A stretch of 64,000 bases of DNA from an uncultured Gemmatimonadales bacterium (GCA_963707505.1 CAVPQB010000004.1:224001-288000), one strand, 5' to 3'. Shown: positions 9,084 to 18,609, counted from the stretch's first letter. The notes: generated from the letters alone by a model not told the origin. Numbers and translations: made by a program.

Positions 9084-10472
9084 CTACCGCGCTCGCCCTT
9101 TGTTGCCACCGGGACGCCGCGGAGAACTTCCGGCTTTCGGCCGATTGGTGCCGGGCACTCCGGGCCGTGCCGGCTTGGAAGGCTGGCCCGACCGCCCTCC
9201 GGACTGTCCGGACTGTCCGGACTGACCAGCGCCACCCGTCGACCGACGCGCCGCCTTGGCAGCGGCGCGTGCGCGATCCTCGGCTTTTTTTGCGCGGATC
9301 GCTGCGATGCGCTCGCCGCGCGGTACCTCGAGCTTCTGCGCGGGGCGCGCGTCGTAATCGAAATCCGGTACGGTCACGCGCGGCAGCCGCTTGCCCACTG
9401 CCTTCTCGATCGTGCGAATGTCGCCTTCCTCGTCGGGTGCCACGAAGGTGAATGCTTCACCCGTCGCATCCGCGCGCCCGGTACGGCCGACTCTGTGGAT
9501 GTAATCTTCCGCAACCAACGGCACGTCGAAATTGACTACATGGCCCAGCTCTTCGACGTCGATCCCGCGCGCAGCGATGTCAGTCGCGACGAGCACCTTG
9601 TACGTCCCGTTCTTGAATCCGGCGAGTGCCGCCGTGCGTTGAGTCTGTGACCTGTTGCCATGAATGCGATCAGCCTTGACACCGTTTCTCACGAGAAAGT
9701 CCGCGAGGCGGTTGGCGCGATGCTTGGTGCGCGTGAACACCAGCGCCTGTTTCATCTCGCCACGGTTCAGCAGCGCCAAAAACAGCGGAGCCTTGAGCTC
9801 CTGCGAAACGGGATACACTGCCTGCGTGATTCCCGTTGGCGGCGCGGCGTTGCGCTCTATGCGCAGCATTGCAGGGTTGGTCAACATCTCGCGCGTGAGC
9901 GCCGCGATCGGAGGCGGCATCGTCGCGCTGAAGAACAGTGTCTGCCGCTTGGCCGGAAGGAGGCGCAGAAGCTTCCGGATCTCCGGAAGGAAGCCCATGT
10001 CAAGCATGCGATCGGCTTCGTCCAGGACCAGAAACTCGAGCCGGTCCAGCTTCGCGTACGGATGTCGCAGATGATCCAGCAGCCGCCCCGGAGTCGCAAC
10101 GAGCACGTCCACACCGCTCCGGAATGCGTGCTCCTGTGGCGACATGCCGACGCCGCCAAATATTGCTGCACTCGTTATCGGTGTATGAACGGCGATCTCA
10201 TTGAGATGCTCGGCGATCTGTGCCGCAAGTTCGCGCGTGGGCGTGACGATGAGTGCGCGCGTAGTTCCGCGCGGCCGCTCCATCAGCTTGTGAAGTATTG
10301 GAAGCAGGAACGCCGCCGTCTTTCCGCTTCCGGTCGCGGCGCACGCAAGCACATCGCGCCCCTCCATGGCCGGTGGTATGGCGTCCATCTGAATTGGCGT
10401 GGGACGAACGAAGCCCAGTTCCTTAAGGCCTTTGAGAAGATTGGGGTCGAGCTTGAAACTGCTAAATGACAC
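9084..10472 (-). CDS. DEAD-box RNA helicase (RhlE-like)
   Basis: Q motif GFVRPTPIQ, ATGSGKT, PTRELA, DEADRMLDMGF, SAT and HRVGRTGR; Gly/Arg-rich tail; GTG start at 10472. Confidence 0.95.
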   Translation of the reverse strand: MSFSSFKLDPNLLKGLKELGFVRPTPIQMDAIPPAMEGRDVLACAATGSGKTAAFLLPILHKLMERPRGTTRALIVTPTRELAAQIAEHLNEIAVHTPITSAAIFGGVGMSPQEHAFRSGVDVLVATPGRLLDHLRHPYAKLDRLEFLVLDEADRMLDMGFLPEIRKLLRLLPAKRQTLFFSATMPPPIAALTREMLTNPAMLRIERNAAPPTGITQAVYPVSQELKAPLFLALLNRGEMKQALVFTRTKHRANRLADFLVRNGVKADRIHGNRSQTQRTAALAGFKNGTYKVLVATDIAARGIDVEELGHVVNFDVPLVAEDYIHRVGRTGRADATGEAFTFVAPDEEGDIRTIEKAVGKRLPRVTVPDFDYDARPAQKLEVPRGERIAAIRAKKAEDRARAAAKAARRSTGGAGQSGQSGQSGGRSGQPSKPARPGVPGTNRPKAGSSPRRPGGNKGRAR

Positions 10473-10663
10473 GCGGAGTCCGTTTTTAGGGCAATCCTGA
10501 AAGTTAGTGGAATGATGGCCGATCGGGCTAAACGGGTGATTGAAGGCTCGCTGAGCGGCAACGATCGATGCCAGGTGGCTGTCCTCAGCGACCATACGTG
10601 ATTCTGCCGAATTGGCATCAAGACTGCTTTCTTGTAACTTCCAGTCATGACCACCAATCCAGC

Positions 10664-11632
10664 ATGAACATGTCAGAGGCGGAGACGCTGGCCAAAGTAG
10701 AGGTGCTGGCGGATCTCGAGGAAGAGGTACGCCAGCTCATGGTGGCTCATGAGTCCAAGCGGATACTCTGGTTTCCGAGTGAGCTGCTTTCTGCGGCCCC
10801 CGACACGGACCCGGACAAGCACGTCCGGGATCTCCGGCGCCGGGCCGAGGGGATCAGTACTCCAGCGCGGGTCGCGCTGGCCCTCAATCTTCTCACTGAA
10901 GAGGGGCTCCCGCACTTCCATCGTCTGCTCGCCGCGTACCTCGGCGGCGATACATTCTGGTCCAAGTGGACCAATCTGTGGACCGCTGAAGAAGATCGAC
11001 ACGGCGCAGTACTTCATGACTATTCGCGCGACAGCCTGGTGCTGAACAATCCTGTGCTCGAGAAGATGCAGTTCGAGTATCTCAAGTCCGGCTTCGAGCC
11101 AACGTGGGACAAGGATCCGTATCGCGTTTTCGTGTACACCACGCTCCAGGAGCGGGCAACACAGGTCAGTCACGCCAATACCGGCAAGCTGGCAAGCGAA
11201 TACGAGCCGATGATCGGCACCGTGCTGGCAAACGTGGCGAAGGAGGAAGCTCGTCACTACGTGTTTTACCGCAACGTCTTTCAGGAAGTGCTCGTCCGCG
11301 ACCCCAATCGTGCGCTCGAGTCGGCCGCGTCGATCATGCCGTCCATCGACATGCCGGGAGTGAACATGCCTCACTTCCGCGAGATGGCGGACGTGATTCG
11401 GCGAGCCGGCATCTACGGACCGCGTGATTATCTCAGGATCGTGGAAGAGCAGATCCGCTACTGGGCCATCGACGCGATCGAAGGGCTCAACGATATGGGG
11501 AAAAAGGCGCAGGAGAAGATCATGTCGATCCCCGCCCGCCTCGAACGTGTCGCCGACGCGATGGAAACGCGCAGCCGCGCGAAGACGTTCGCATTCGCCG
11601 TCGCCTTTGCACGCGAATTCGAGATGGAGTAA
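10664..11632 (+). CDS. Acyl-ACP desaturase (soluble di-iron, ferritin-like; DesA1-type)
   Basis: NLLTEEGLPHFH, WTAEEDRH, YTTLQERATQVSH and EEARH di-iron motifs. Confidence 0.9.
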   Translation: MNMSEAETLAKVEVLADLEEEVRQLMVAHESKRILWFPSELLSAAPDTDPDKHVRDLRRRAEGISTPARVALALNLLTEEGLPHFHRLLAAYLGGDTFWSKWTNLWTAEEDRHGAVLHDYSRDSLVLNNPVLEKMQFEYLKSGFEPTWDKDPYRVFVYTTLQERATQVSHANTGKLASEYEPMIGTVLANVAKEEARHYVFYRNVFQEVLVRDPNRALESAASIMPSIDMPGVNMPHFREMADVIRRAGIYGPRDYLRIVEEQIRYWAIDAIEGLNDMGKKAQEKIMSIPARLERVADAMETRSRAKTFAFAVAFAREFEME

Positions 11633-11641
11633 CGCGCCGGC

Positions 11642-13771
11642 TCAGCGCTGACGCATGACTACAATCGAATATGGTGGCAACGTCAGCGTCTCACCGGCGC
11701 TGACGTTCATTTTTAGCGGCCCGGTATTCGGCTTCGCGAATCCGTTAGCGCCATTCGGGTGCCACTTGTACTCTGCGCCAGACAGTCGCCATACGTCGAA
11801 TGTCGCGTGTGCGTCGCCGACTCCGCGAACATCGGCGGTCCAGGAATTTGCGGGATCGCGATTCGCGATCAGCACCGCGATCCTTCCATCAGGCCGACGC
11901 AACGTGTATGAACCGATCGGAGGCGCAATGCCGGACGCCGCCGTCACCTTTGTCGCAAGCATGCTGTGTGGACCGCCAGCCGAGTCGGCCCAGAGCGTCG
12001 TGAGCATGTGCGCCGCGTGGTACGTCGAGTTCTTCGCGAGAATGTGACGGTCGTCGTCCGCGACGAAGAGCGTGTTGTCGCCCCAGCTATCACATGCGGC
12101 ATCGCGATCGAGACTGCTTGGCTCTGTTCCATAGAAGAATGCCTCTGAGCCTCCCTCAGCGAGGAACTCGGCGACCGCTACCGTATTGAGAATGGCACCA
12201 GCGCGATTCATCTCGGACGCCGTCGAGAACGGCGAATAGCCATACTCGGTCATCAACAACGGAACGCTTTTAGGCACGCCATCGCTGCGAAACTGCGCGA
12301 CAGCGTTGCGTATCTTTCGGGCCACCTCCGCGAGCTGCAGCGCGCTTCCGGAGCACGCGTCATCGAATGGATAGAACTCGAACGAAACGAAGCCGAGGTC
12401 GCGCCCATGGCCGCGCGCCGCGAGAGCCGTGACGAAACGAGCCAGCCATGAACGCTCATCCGAGTCGCTTTCCTTCCACGCCATCATGACCTTGGTGCGT
12501 GCATCCTGCAGCGACGGACCGCCGAGTATGATATCGGCATCGACGGCACGGAGTGAGTCGGCAACCTGTGCGTAGAGTGCGGCAAAGTCGAGCGGTGATG
12601 CGAACTGACCGTCTGGTTCCTCGCCCAGCTCTATGCGCGGGATAGGATAGTGTCGCTTGCGCACATAGCGAAGCAGCGCAGCTGCATTCGCCGGTGTGTC
12701 GTACAGCACGCCGACAGGAGTGAGCATTGGTAATCCGCGCGTGATCCCGCTCGCAAACACGAGATCGATGCCAGGCTGCTCAGTCCCTTCATCCCGATCA
12801 ATTTCGCGATGCCACGGATCCGTGCTGGAAACGTACGTGCGGCTCTGGCCGCCTGGATTCGGAGCGTGTCGAGTAACTTCGCGGAAGCTTCCGTTTTCGA
12901 TTCGACCCAGAGAGATCTCACGAATCGCAAAGCCCAGCCCATCGCGCACATCGCTCGAGCTGGCCGCTGCGCGGCCCGAGCTCGTGCGCAGCAGAATCCG
13001 GATCCAGCGTGTGCTGATGGAACGCCTCGCCAGGCTGAGCGTTACGTCACCACCGTTGCTGCTTCGTATTGATCCGTTGGAGAACGTGCGCCATCCGGTG
13101 TCATCGGCATTGTCATCCGGACCTTTAGGCTGCTCGCCTTCCCAGTACTGCACGTCGTAGCTCGTTGCGTACGGCGTTCCCCACATTATTCGCACCGCGT
13201 CGATCGGTTCATTGTGCTCGAGATCGACGATCGCCCACTGCGGATGGCTGTTGCTCGGTTCGTGAGTGTAGCGCGAATCCAGATATGGGTTGCTTTTCCA
13301 GAATGATGTGGTATCGCCGTCGGTCAGGCGCGAATAGCCCTCGTCGTTGGCCTGATCGATCGTATTGCCGCGTCGAGGCAATACGTAGCCGTACGACACC
13401 GTTATCCGGGATCCGATCGTATCGGCTGATGTCCAGTAGCCCTGTCGACGGGCCGGATCGCTCCAGTGCCCGCGCGGATTCCAGTGCCAGGCTTCGATGC
13501 CAAGCTCGGTGCGCAGACGGTACGATATCGGATGAAAGTTCACCGACTTCATCGCCGACACATTCGCTCGCGTGAAGATGTAGCGCGTCGCGTCCTCGCC
13601 GTGTCCGTCGATGGTCGAGCCGAGCGCTGTTATGGGATCGAAAGCGGCGATCGAATCACGAGGATCGATGGTGATCGTGACGCGGTGCTGCTGTGCGGGT
13701 AGCGGTGATGCGCACAGTATCGACAGTAGCAACAGTGGGTTGGTGAACGTCGCGGCGCCCCGATCCGTCAT
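11642..13771 (-). CDS. Secreted clan GH-A-like glycoside hydrolase with an inserted discoidin (F5/8 type C) domain
   Basis: Signal-like LLLLSILCASPLPAQ; discoidin WAIVDL...IDAVRIMWGTPYATSYDVQYW; IELGEEPD and LLMTEYG resemble the two catalytic Glu motifs. The ORF-track N-terminus (WIPAFAGMT) is translated repeat. Confidence 0.65.
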   Translation of the reverse strand: MTDRGAATFTNPLLLLSILCASPLPAQQHRVTITIDPRDSIAAFDPITALGSTIDGHGEDATRYIFTRANVSAMKSVNFHPISYRLRTELGIEAWHWNPRGHWSDPARRQGYWTSADTIGSRITVSYGYVLPRRGNTIDQANDEGYSRLTDGDTTSFWKSNPYLDSRYTHEPSNSHPQWAIVDLEHNEPIDAVRIMWGTPYATSYDVQYWEGEQPKGPDDNADDTGWRTFSNGSIRSSNGGDVTLSLARRSISTRWIRILLRTSSGRAAASSSDVRDGLGFAIREISLGRIENGSFREVTRHAPNPGGQSRTYVSSTDPWHREIDRDEGTEQPGIDLVFASGITRGLPMLTPVGVLYDTPANAAALLRYVRKRHYPIPRIELGEEPDGQFASPLDFAALYAQVADSLRAVDADIILGGPSLQDARTKVMMAWKESDSDERSWLARFVTALAARGHGRDLGFVSFEFYPFDDACSGSALQLAEVARKIRNAVAQFRSDGVPKSVPLLMTEYGYSPFSTASEMNRAGAILNTVAVAEFLAEGGSEAFFYGTEPSSLDRDAACDSWGDNTLFVADDDRHILAKNSTYHAAHMLTTLWADSAGGPHSMLATKVTAASGIAPPIGSYTLRRPDGRIAVLIANRDPANSWTADVRGVGDAHATFDVWRLSGAEYKWHPNGANGFAKPNTGPLKMNVSAGETLTLPPYSIVVMRQR

Positions 13772-13903
13772 CGGCACGAAAACGGGAATCCATCCGATCG
13801 TCATCCCCGCGAAAGCGGGGATCCATTTGTTGCCGACCCGCGTCCCACGGCCATTGCACTCCGAGATTGATGACATGGATTCCCGCTTTCGCGGGAATGA
13901 CGA
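13766..13903. repeat. REPIN/MITE-like inverted dimer of the CGTCAT palindrome plus a degenerate tandem copy
   Basis: Left arm tcgtcatccccgcgaaagcggggatccat (13798-13826), right arm atggattcccgctttcgcgggaatgacga (13875-13903), 27/29 identical as inverted repeats; degenerate copy at 13766-13793. Confidence 0.9.
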
Positions 13904-13915
13904 CTTACAAACGGC

Positions 13916-14503
13916 CTACTTCTCCACCGCTTGCAGGCCGGTAATAACATCCGCGGTGCTGCGCACTCTGCCGATCGTCGGGAAGAAACGACGAACCGGA
14001 AACTCGTGAAGGTCCACCTCACGCGCGGCCATTGCATCCTCGACGAATATCTGATCGTAACCGCGCTCCTGCGCAGCGCGCGCTGTGGACTCGACACCAA
14101 TATTGGTGGAGATTCCGCCCAGTATGATGGTACGAATGCCGCGGCGCGAAAGGTGAATTTCGAGATCGGTCGCGAAGAATGCGTTCGGCTGATGCTTTGT
14201 TACGATGACGTCGCGCTCGCCTGCACCAAGCTCAGGTACGAGATCCGACCAGCCTGCTGACGCGTTGAACGCCGGCCGTGGCACGTCGGAGTTGACGCGC
14301 GGAAAGAGTATACCATCCGGGCCAACGTCCACGCGCACGAAAATCACGAGCACGCCCGCATCGCGACACGCCTGCGCCAACCTGGCCCCGTTCTGCACGA
14401 CGACCGACGCTGCGTGTGGAACCGTGGTGCCGCCGGCGATCCCGCGCTGGAGATCGATGAGGACGAGCGCTGTCGTCGTCGGAGTTATCGATATGGGAGT
14501 CAT
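13916..14503 (-). CDS. Isochorismatase family cysteine hydrolase-like protein
   Basis: TALVLIDLQRG, VTKHQPNAFFATDL and GISTNIGVESTAR. Confidence 0.9.
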   Translation of the reverse strand: MTPISITPTTTALVLIDLQRGIAGGTTVPHAASVVVQNGARLAQACRDAGVLVIFVRVDVGPDGILFPRVNSDVPRPAFNASAGWSDLVPELGAGERDVIVTKHQPNAFFATDLEIHLSRRGIRTIILGGISTNIGVESTARAAQERGYDQIFVEDAMAAREVDLHEFPVRRFFPTIGRVRSTADVITGLQAVEK

Positions 14504-14515
14504 GCTACGCACATC

Positions 14516-15106
14516 CTATGCACATCCCTCCACCCACTGGACCTGTGGCAGCTGGCCAGCTCTGTAAGATGTGACGCGAGCTCCATCCGTCTCGAAGATC
14601 AAACGGAAATTGCTGTCAGTTGGCGGTACGGGAGACACAACGAGATAATGACCGTTCGGCAGGTATTTGTGTGGCTCGACTGAAACGCGCGACCCGTACA
14701 GCGCCTTGACGCGCGCTTCCGAGTCGCCGACACGCACCCCGAGTCCCGTCGGCACCGTGCTCGAATCGACCTCGATGCGCGCGACGGTTCCACCGGTGAC
14801 CATTATTCGCATGCCTTGCGGTGCGGTGCTGAAATGGACGTACGCGCATGCCGTATCGAGACCAACCGTAGATGGAGCAGGTGAGCCGAGTGCGTTTGCG
14901 GCGGCAGCGACGGTCATTCCGATTCGGAGTGGACCGTAGCCCGTTGCAGTTACCGTGATGGCGGTGTCGGCCGCTGCGGTGTCGGCGCGACGTTGTGCGA
15001 CCGAATCCGATCTGGCTGTCCCCGAATCAGGTTTCTGAGACGACTCGAAGCGCGAGCACCCGCCCAGCGCGGCGAGTGCCGCGATCCCGAGTATGAATCT
15101 GCTCAT
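14516..15106 (-). CDS. Hypothetical lipoprotein
   Basis: Lipobox-like ALGGC after a hydrophobic leader; GPLRIGMT, GVRVGDS, PHKY and a terminal EGCA. Confidence 0.7.
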   Translation of the reverse strand: MSRFILGIAALAALGGCSRFESSQKPDSGTARSDSVAQRRADTAAADTAITVTATGYGPLRIGMTVAAAANALGSPAPSTVGLDTACAYVHFSTAPQGMRIMVTGGTVARIEVDSSTVPTGLGVRVGDSEARVKALYGSRVSVEPHKYLPNGHYLVVSPVPPTDSNFRLIFETDGARVTSYRAGQLPQVQWVEGCA

Positions 15107-15119
15107 GACTTCAGCACTA

Positions 15120-15746
15120 TCACGTCAACCGCCGCGGTGCGCGATGCGCGAGCCGCACGGAGCTCGGCAGCTCGGCTTCGATCTGAACCGAGCCCAAAAC
15201 AGCACGTCCGCTGATGCGCACCACGCGATCGGCATCGGTGGGATAGCCTGCGATCATCGCCGCCTTGCAGTCAAAATTGCCGAGTAGAGCGTCGCCGGCG
15301 CATTCGACGCGGATGCCCAGCGGAAGCGTCAGCTCGACGTTGCCCAACACGGCCGATATCCGAATCTCCGTAACGCCGGATGCGAAGGTGGCGTCCGTCA
15401 TGTCCATCTCCACGTTACCGAAGATGGAGGCGATCTCGAGTTCGCGCGGGATGGTCATCGGGCCGTTGCGCTCGTAATTGCTGAATTTCGCCGAGATTCT
15501 TCCGTGCTCCGGAACGGCTGGCAGCGTCGTTGCCGGCGCAAGGTCGGCCACCAGATCGGCGAGTTCGGTTGCCGTCCTCGTCTGATACGCCACAGCCACG
15601 CGGCGCTCGAACTCATCCAACGAGAGATGGTCGTCGGCGAATCGCAGCTGCAGCAGATCCACCACCCGCTCACGCTCGCTCAGCGTCGGGCCGGTACCAG
15701 GGGCGGCGATTGCCGCTCCGTTCGATGAAGGAGGAGAGCCAGTCAT
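15120..15746 (-). CDS. DUF1707 (SHOCT-like) + LiaF/DUF2154-like protein
   Basis: ERERVVDLLQ..FADDHLSLDEFERRV...ELADLVADL, then beta repeats FGNVEMD / LGNVEL / LGSVQI. Confidence 0.8.
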   Translation of the reverse strand: MTGSPPSSNGAAIAAPGTGPTLSERERVVDLLQLRFADDHLSLDEFERRVAVAYQTRTATELADLVADLAPATTLPAVPEHGRISAKFSNYERNGPMTIPRELEIASIFGNVEMDMTDATFASGVTEIRISAVLGNVELTLPLGIRVECAGDALLGNFDCKAAMIAGYPTDADRVVRISGRAVLGSVQIEAELPSSVRLAHRAPRRLT

Positions 15747-15859
15747 GACAGCTGGATGAAGATACCCAATCGGATATCACCCGGTGCTGGGCTGTACCTC
15801 GGCTCGGCATCGGATTGCGCCTTCCAGTGCGGTCGGATAACTTGCACCAATAATCCGTT

Positions 15860-15892
15860 CGCCCGACCCCCCGGCCGGGCGTTCATTTTTTT
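15860..15892 (+). terminator. Intrinsic-terminator-like hairpin in the greA leader
   Basis: cgcccg...cgggcg stem followed by ttcattttttt, about 42 nt upstream of the greA ATG. Confidence 0.6.
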
Positions 15893-15934
15893 GCCTCCCC
15901 CTCTCACATCAGGCATCGTCGCATCGAGGCTCCC

Positions 15935-16399
15935 ATGATCGAAGAGCTCAAGCTCAAGCTCGGCGCAGAGGTCGAGAAGCTGCAGCACGAGTTGAACGTT
16001 GTATTACCGAATGAGATCCGTAAGGCCGTCGAGCTCGGCGACCTGCGTGAGAATTCGGAGTACAAGGCCGCCCTCGAGCGTCAGCAATTCGTTCAGGCGC
16101 GTCTGGGGCAACTGCGTCAGCGTCTGTCCAAGCTGTCGCAGATCGATGTCTCACAGATCGCGCGCGATGCCGTCGGACTCGGCTCCGAAGTCACGGTGCA
16201 GGACGAGAAGAACGGCAAGACCGAGGTTTACAGCCTCGTCTTCGGCGACGGTGACTTCGAGGACGGCCACGTGTCGATGTCATCGCCGATCGGAAAATCT
16301 CTGGTAGGGAAAAAATTGGGAGACACCACGATCCTCCGCCTTCCGACCGCCGTGCGACACCTCAAGGTCACCGGGATCAAGACCATCCACGATATGTAA
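15935..16399 (+). CDS. greA: Transcription elongation factor GreA
   Basis: GDLRENSEYKAA, VGLGSEV and SSPIGKSLVGK. Confidence 0.92.
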   Translation: MIEELKLKLGAEVEKLQHELNVVLPNEIRKAVELGDLRENSEYKAALERQQFVQARLGQLRQRLSKLSQIDVSQIARDAVGLGSEVTVQDEKNGKTEVYSLVFGDGDFEDGHVSMSSPIGKSLVGKKLGDTTILRLPTAVRHLKVTGIKTIHDM

Positions 16400-16507
16400 G
16401 ATCCGTGCGTGCCGCCGATGCTGGCGGCACGGCGCACGACTTGCGCCACGCTCCGGTACAGAAAGGAGCAGATCATTCATATTCGTCATGAGGCCCGTTC
16501 CCGCAGC

Positions 16508-17047
16508 GTGCGACGCACGTGCTCGACCCTGCGCCGGCTTGCGTCGTACGCTGTCGCCGGCACCTTGCTCGGCGCTGCACTCGTAGCATGCGATCGGACG
16601 GGATTGCCAACAAAAGTTTCCGTCCCACCCGACAGCGCAGCCAGTGAAGTCGAGTTCCACCTGGCTCCCCGAGGCTCGGCTATCCTCGTCACTGCATTCA
16701 TCAACGGACACGGACCAATCGACCTGATTCTGGACACGGGCGCCACGCTTACCTGTCTGGATGATTCTCTGACGCACCAGTTGGATCTGCCGGCGCGAAA
16801 GGGTGCAGTGGGCGTGGGCGCCGGTGTGGGGCTTAGCGGGCCCCTTCGGCTCCTGCGTGTCGATTCACTGCGAGTGGGATCGGCCGCGGCGACGAACCTT
16901 ACGGTCTGCTCGCTCGATCTCAGATCGCTGCAGCAGGTGAGCCCCGGCGCTCGCGGCCTGCTCGGCCTCAACTTTCTGAAATCGTTCAGAGTGAACATCG
17001 ACTTCAATCGAAGGGTACTCCAACTCGCCGCGCCCGGACGGTCCTGA
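16508..17047 (+). CDS. Retropepsin-like aspartic protease, probable lipoprotein
   Basis: LILDTGAT and GLLGLNFL; LVAC lipobox-like motif; start uncertain. Confidence 0.8.
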   Translation: MRRTCSTLRRLASYAVAGTLLGAALVACDRTGLPTKVSVPPDSAASEVEFHLAPRGSAILVTAFINGHGPIDLILDTGATLTCLDDSLTHQLDLPARKGAVGVGAGVGLSGPLRLLRVDSLRVGSAAATNLTVCSLDLRSLQQVSPGARGLLGLNFLKSFRVNIDFNRRVLQLAAPGRS

Positions 17048-17157
17048 TAAGGGCTCGAGCGGCACTCGCATCCGGCATGGCAGCGCTTAGGCTTGCTGCG
17101 ACGTAATTACCGCGTACAGTGCAGGCCGAGGCATATGACTCTCCGTTCAGCGTGACC

Positions 17158-17937
17158 ATGGTACATGTGCGGCTGGCGGGGCTAGGCGCTGGCATCGCCC
17201 TTGTGCTGTTCGGTGGATGCACCCTGCGCAGACTGGAGCACACGGCAACGCGCACGGTGCATGTCCCCGTCGCAGGAGCAACCCTGCTTGTGCTGAATGC
17301 CGGCGCGGGCTATCTGCGGGTTCAGGGAACGGGCTCCGCCACGGGAGTCCTTGTCACCGGTATCGCGCACGCCGCGACCGTCGCGACCCTCAACGCGATC
17401 CAGATAACGAGCCGAAGGGCGGGCGATACGCTCCTCGTCTCGGCCATTCTCCCGCCATCGCGGCACGAGCCTGGAGCCGCCGCGACACTCGATCTCATGA
17501 TTCAACTGCCATCGTCGCTTGCCCTCGACGTGACGGACAGCACGGGCGAGTCCACGTTCCGCAACGTCGGGACGATGCGGTTGACACACGGCGACGGCGG
17601 GCTGGACATAGATACGGTTGGCGGCAAGCTCGACATTACAGATGGGGACGGCGACATGATCGTCGCCAACGTCAATGGCAACGTCCGTATCGTGGATCGC
17701 GGCGGCTCCATTTACTTGAGCAACATCGCCGGCTCCGTCAACATCCCGCAGGACGGGTCCGGAGAGATCCAGCTGTCCAGCGTGGGCGGCGACGTGACTG
17801 TTGGATCAAAGTCGTCCGGGGAGGTCGCAGCGCGCGGGGTCGGCGGCAATCTGGTCGTGCGGGCCAACGGGAACGGGTCGATCGAGTACCGTGACGTGAA
17901 GGGTCACGTAACGATTCCGGCAGCCAGATATCACTAA
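17158..17937 (+). CDS. DUF4097-like beta-repeat lipoprotein
   Basis: FGGC lipobox-like motif; repeated DGDGD / DGSGEI / NGNGSI units. Confidence 0.75.
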   Translation: MVHVRLAGLGAGIALVLFGGCTLRRLEHTATRTVHVPVAGATLLVLNAGAGYLRVQGTGSATGVLVTGIAHAATVATLNAIQITSRRAGDTLLVSAILPPSRHEPGAAATLDLMIQLPSSLALDVTDSTGESTFRNVGTMRLTHGDGGLDIDTVGGKLDITDGDGDMIVANVNGNVRIVDRGGSIYLSNIAGSVNIPQDGSGEIQLSSVGGDVTVGSKSSGEVAARGVGGNLVVRANGNGSIEYRDVKGHVTIPAARYH

Positions 17938-18013
17938 TATGATGTCGTCTGCGCGATTGTCGGTTTCTTTTCGCGATTGCAGCATCAGGTGCCGATCCTT
18001 AGCTTGACCGAGC

Positions 18014-18589
18014 ATGAAAAACAGCCACGGCAAGAGCCGTATCACAAATCTTATGAGCGTCGCGGTTCTTGCCGGCGCTTTATTTGTGTCGCCGGCGGGT
18101 GCCCAGGCTGTGACCATCACGCAGCCCAGGGCTGTTCCGGAGCCCAAACCATTCCAGCAGCTGAGCAGCTCGATTCATGCGCTCCGGGATTCGATAGTTG
18201 CCTTGTCGCGCGCGCAGCTCGGGATCAGGTACAAGCGCGGCGCCGAATCGCCGTCCTCGGGTTTCGATTGCAGTGGGCTCGTACAGTACGTGATGGAGCA
18301 TTTCGGGGCCAAGTTGCCGCGGACGTCGCGCGAGCAGGCCCTGGTCGGCAAGAAGATCGAGCGCGACATAGCGTCGCTCAAGCCCGGCGACCTGCTCACC
18401 TTTGGCCACGGCAGGCGTATCTCGCACATCGGCATCTATATAGGTGATGGCCGTTACGTGCACGCGCCAACACCGGGATCCCGAGTGAAGGTCGAAACAT
18501 TGGCAAACACAAAGAGCAACTGGTGGAAGGGCGCAAGGCGCGTATTCGCCTTCGATGATTCGCAGAACCCGGACTCGGTACTGAACTGA
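18014..18589 (+). CDS. NlpC/P60 (C40) cell-wall peptidase
   Basis: Signal peptide; GFDCSGLV, LPRTSREQ, PGDLLTF and HIGIYIGDGRYVHA. Confidence 0.93.
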   Translation: MKNSHGKSRITNLMSVAVLAGALFVSPAGAQAVTITQPRAVPEPKPFQQLSSSIHALRDSIVALSRAQLGIRYKRGAESPSSGFDCSGLVQYVMEHFGAKLPRTSREQALVGKKIERDIASLKPGDLLTFGHGRRISHIGIYIGDGRYVHAPTPGSRVKVETLANTKSNWWKGARRVFAFDDSQNPDSVLN

Positions 18590-18609
18590 GTCGACCCGAC
18601 CCGCGCTGC

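Noticed and set aside
9199..9227. Tandem 9-bp repeat ccggactgt
   Set aside because: It encodes GQSGQSGQS in the disordered helicase tail; ordinary low-complexity coding sequence.
13772..13876. N-terminal extension MSSISEC...WIPAFAGMT of the 744-aa ORF
   Set aside because: It is translated palindromic repeat; the signal-like sequence begins after ATG 13771.
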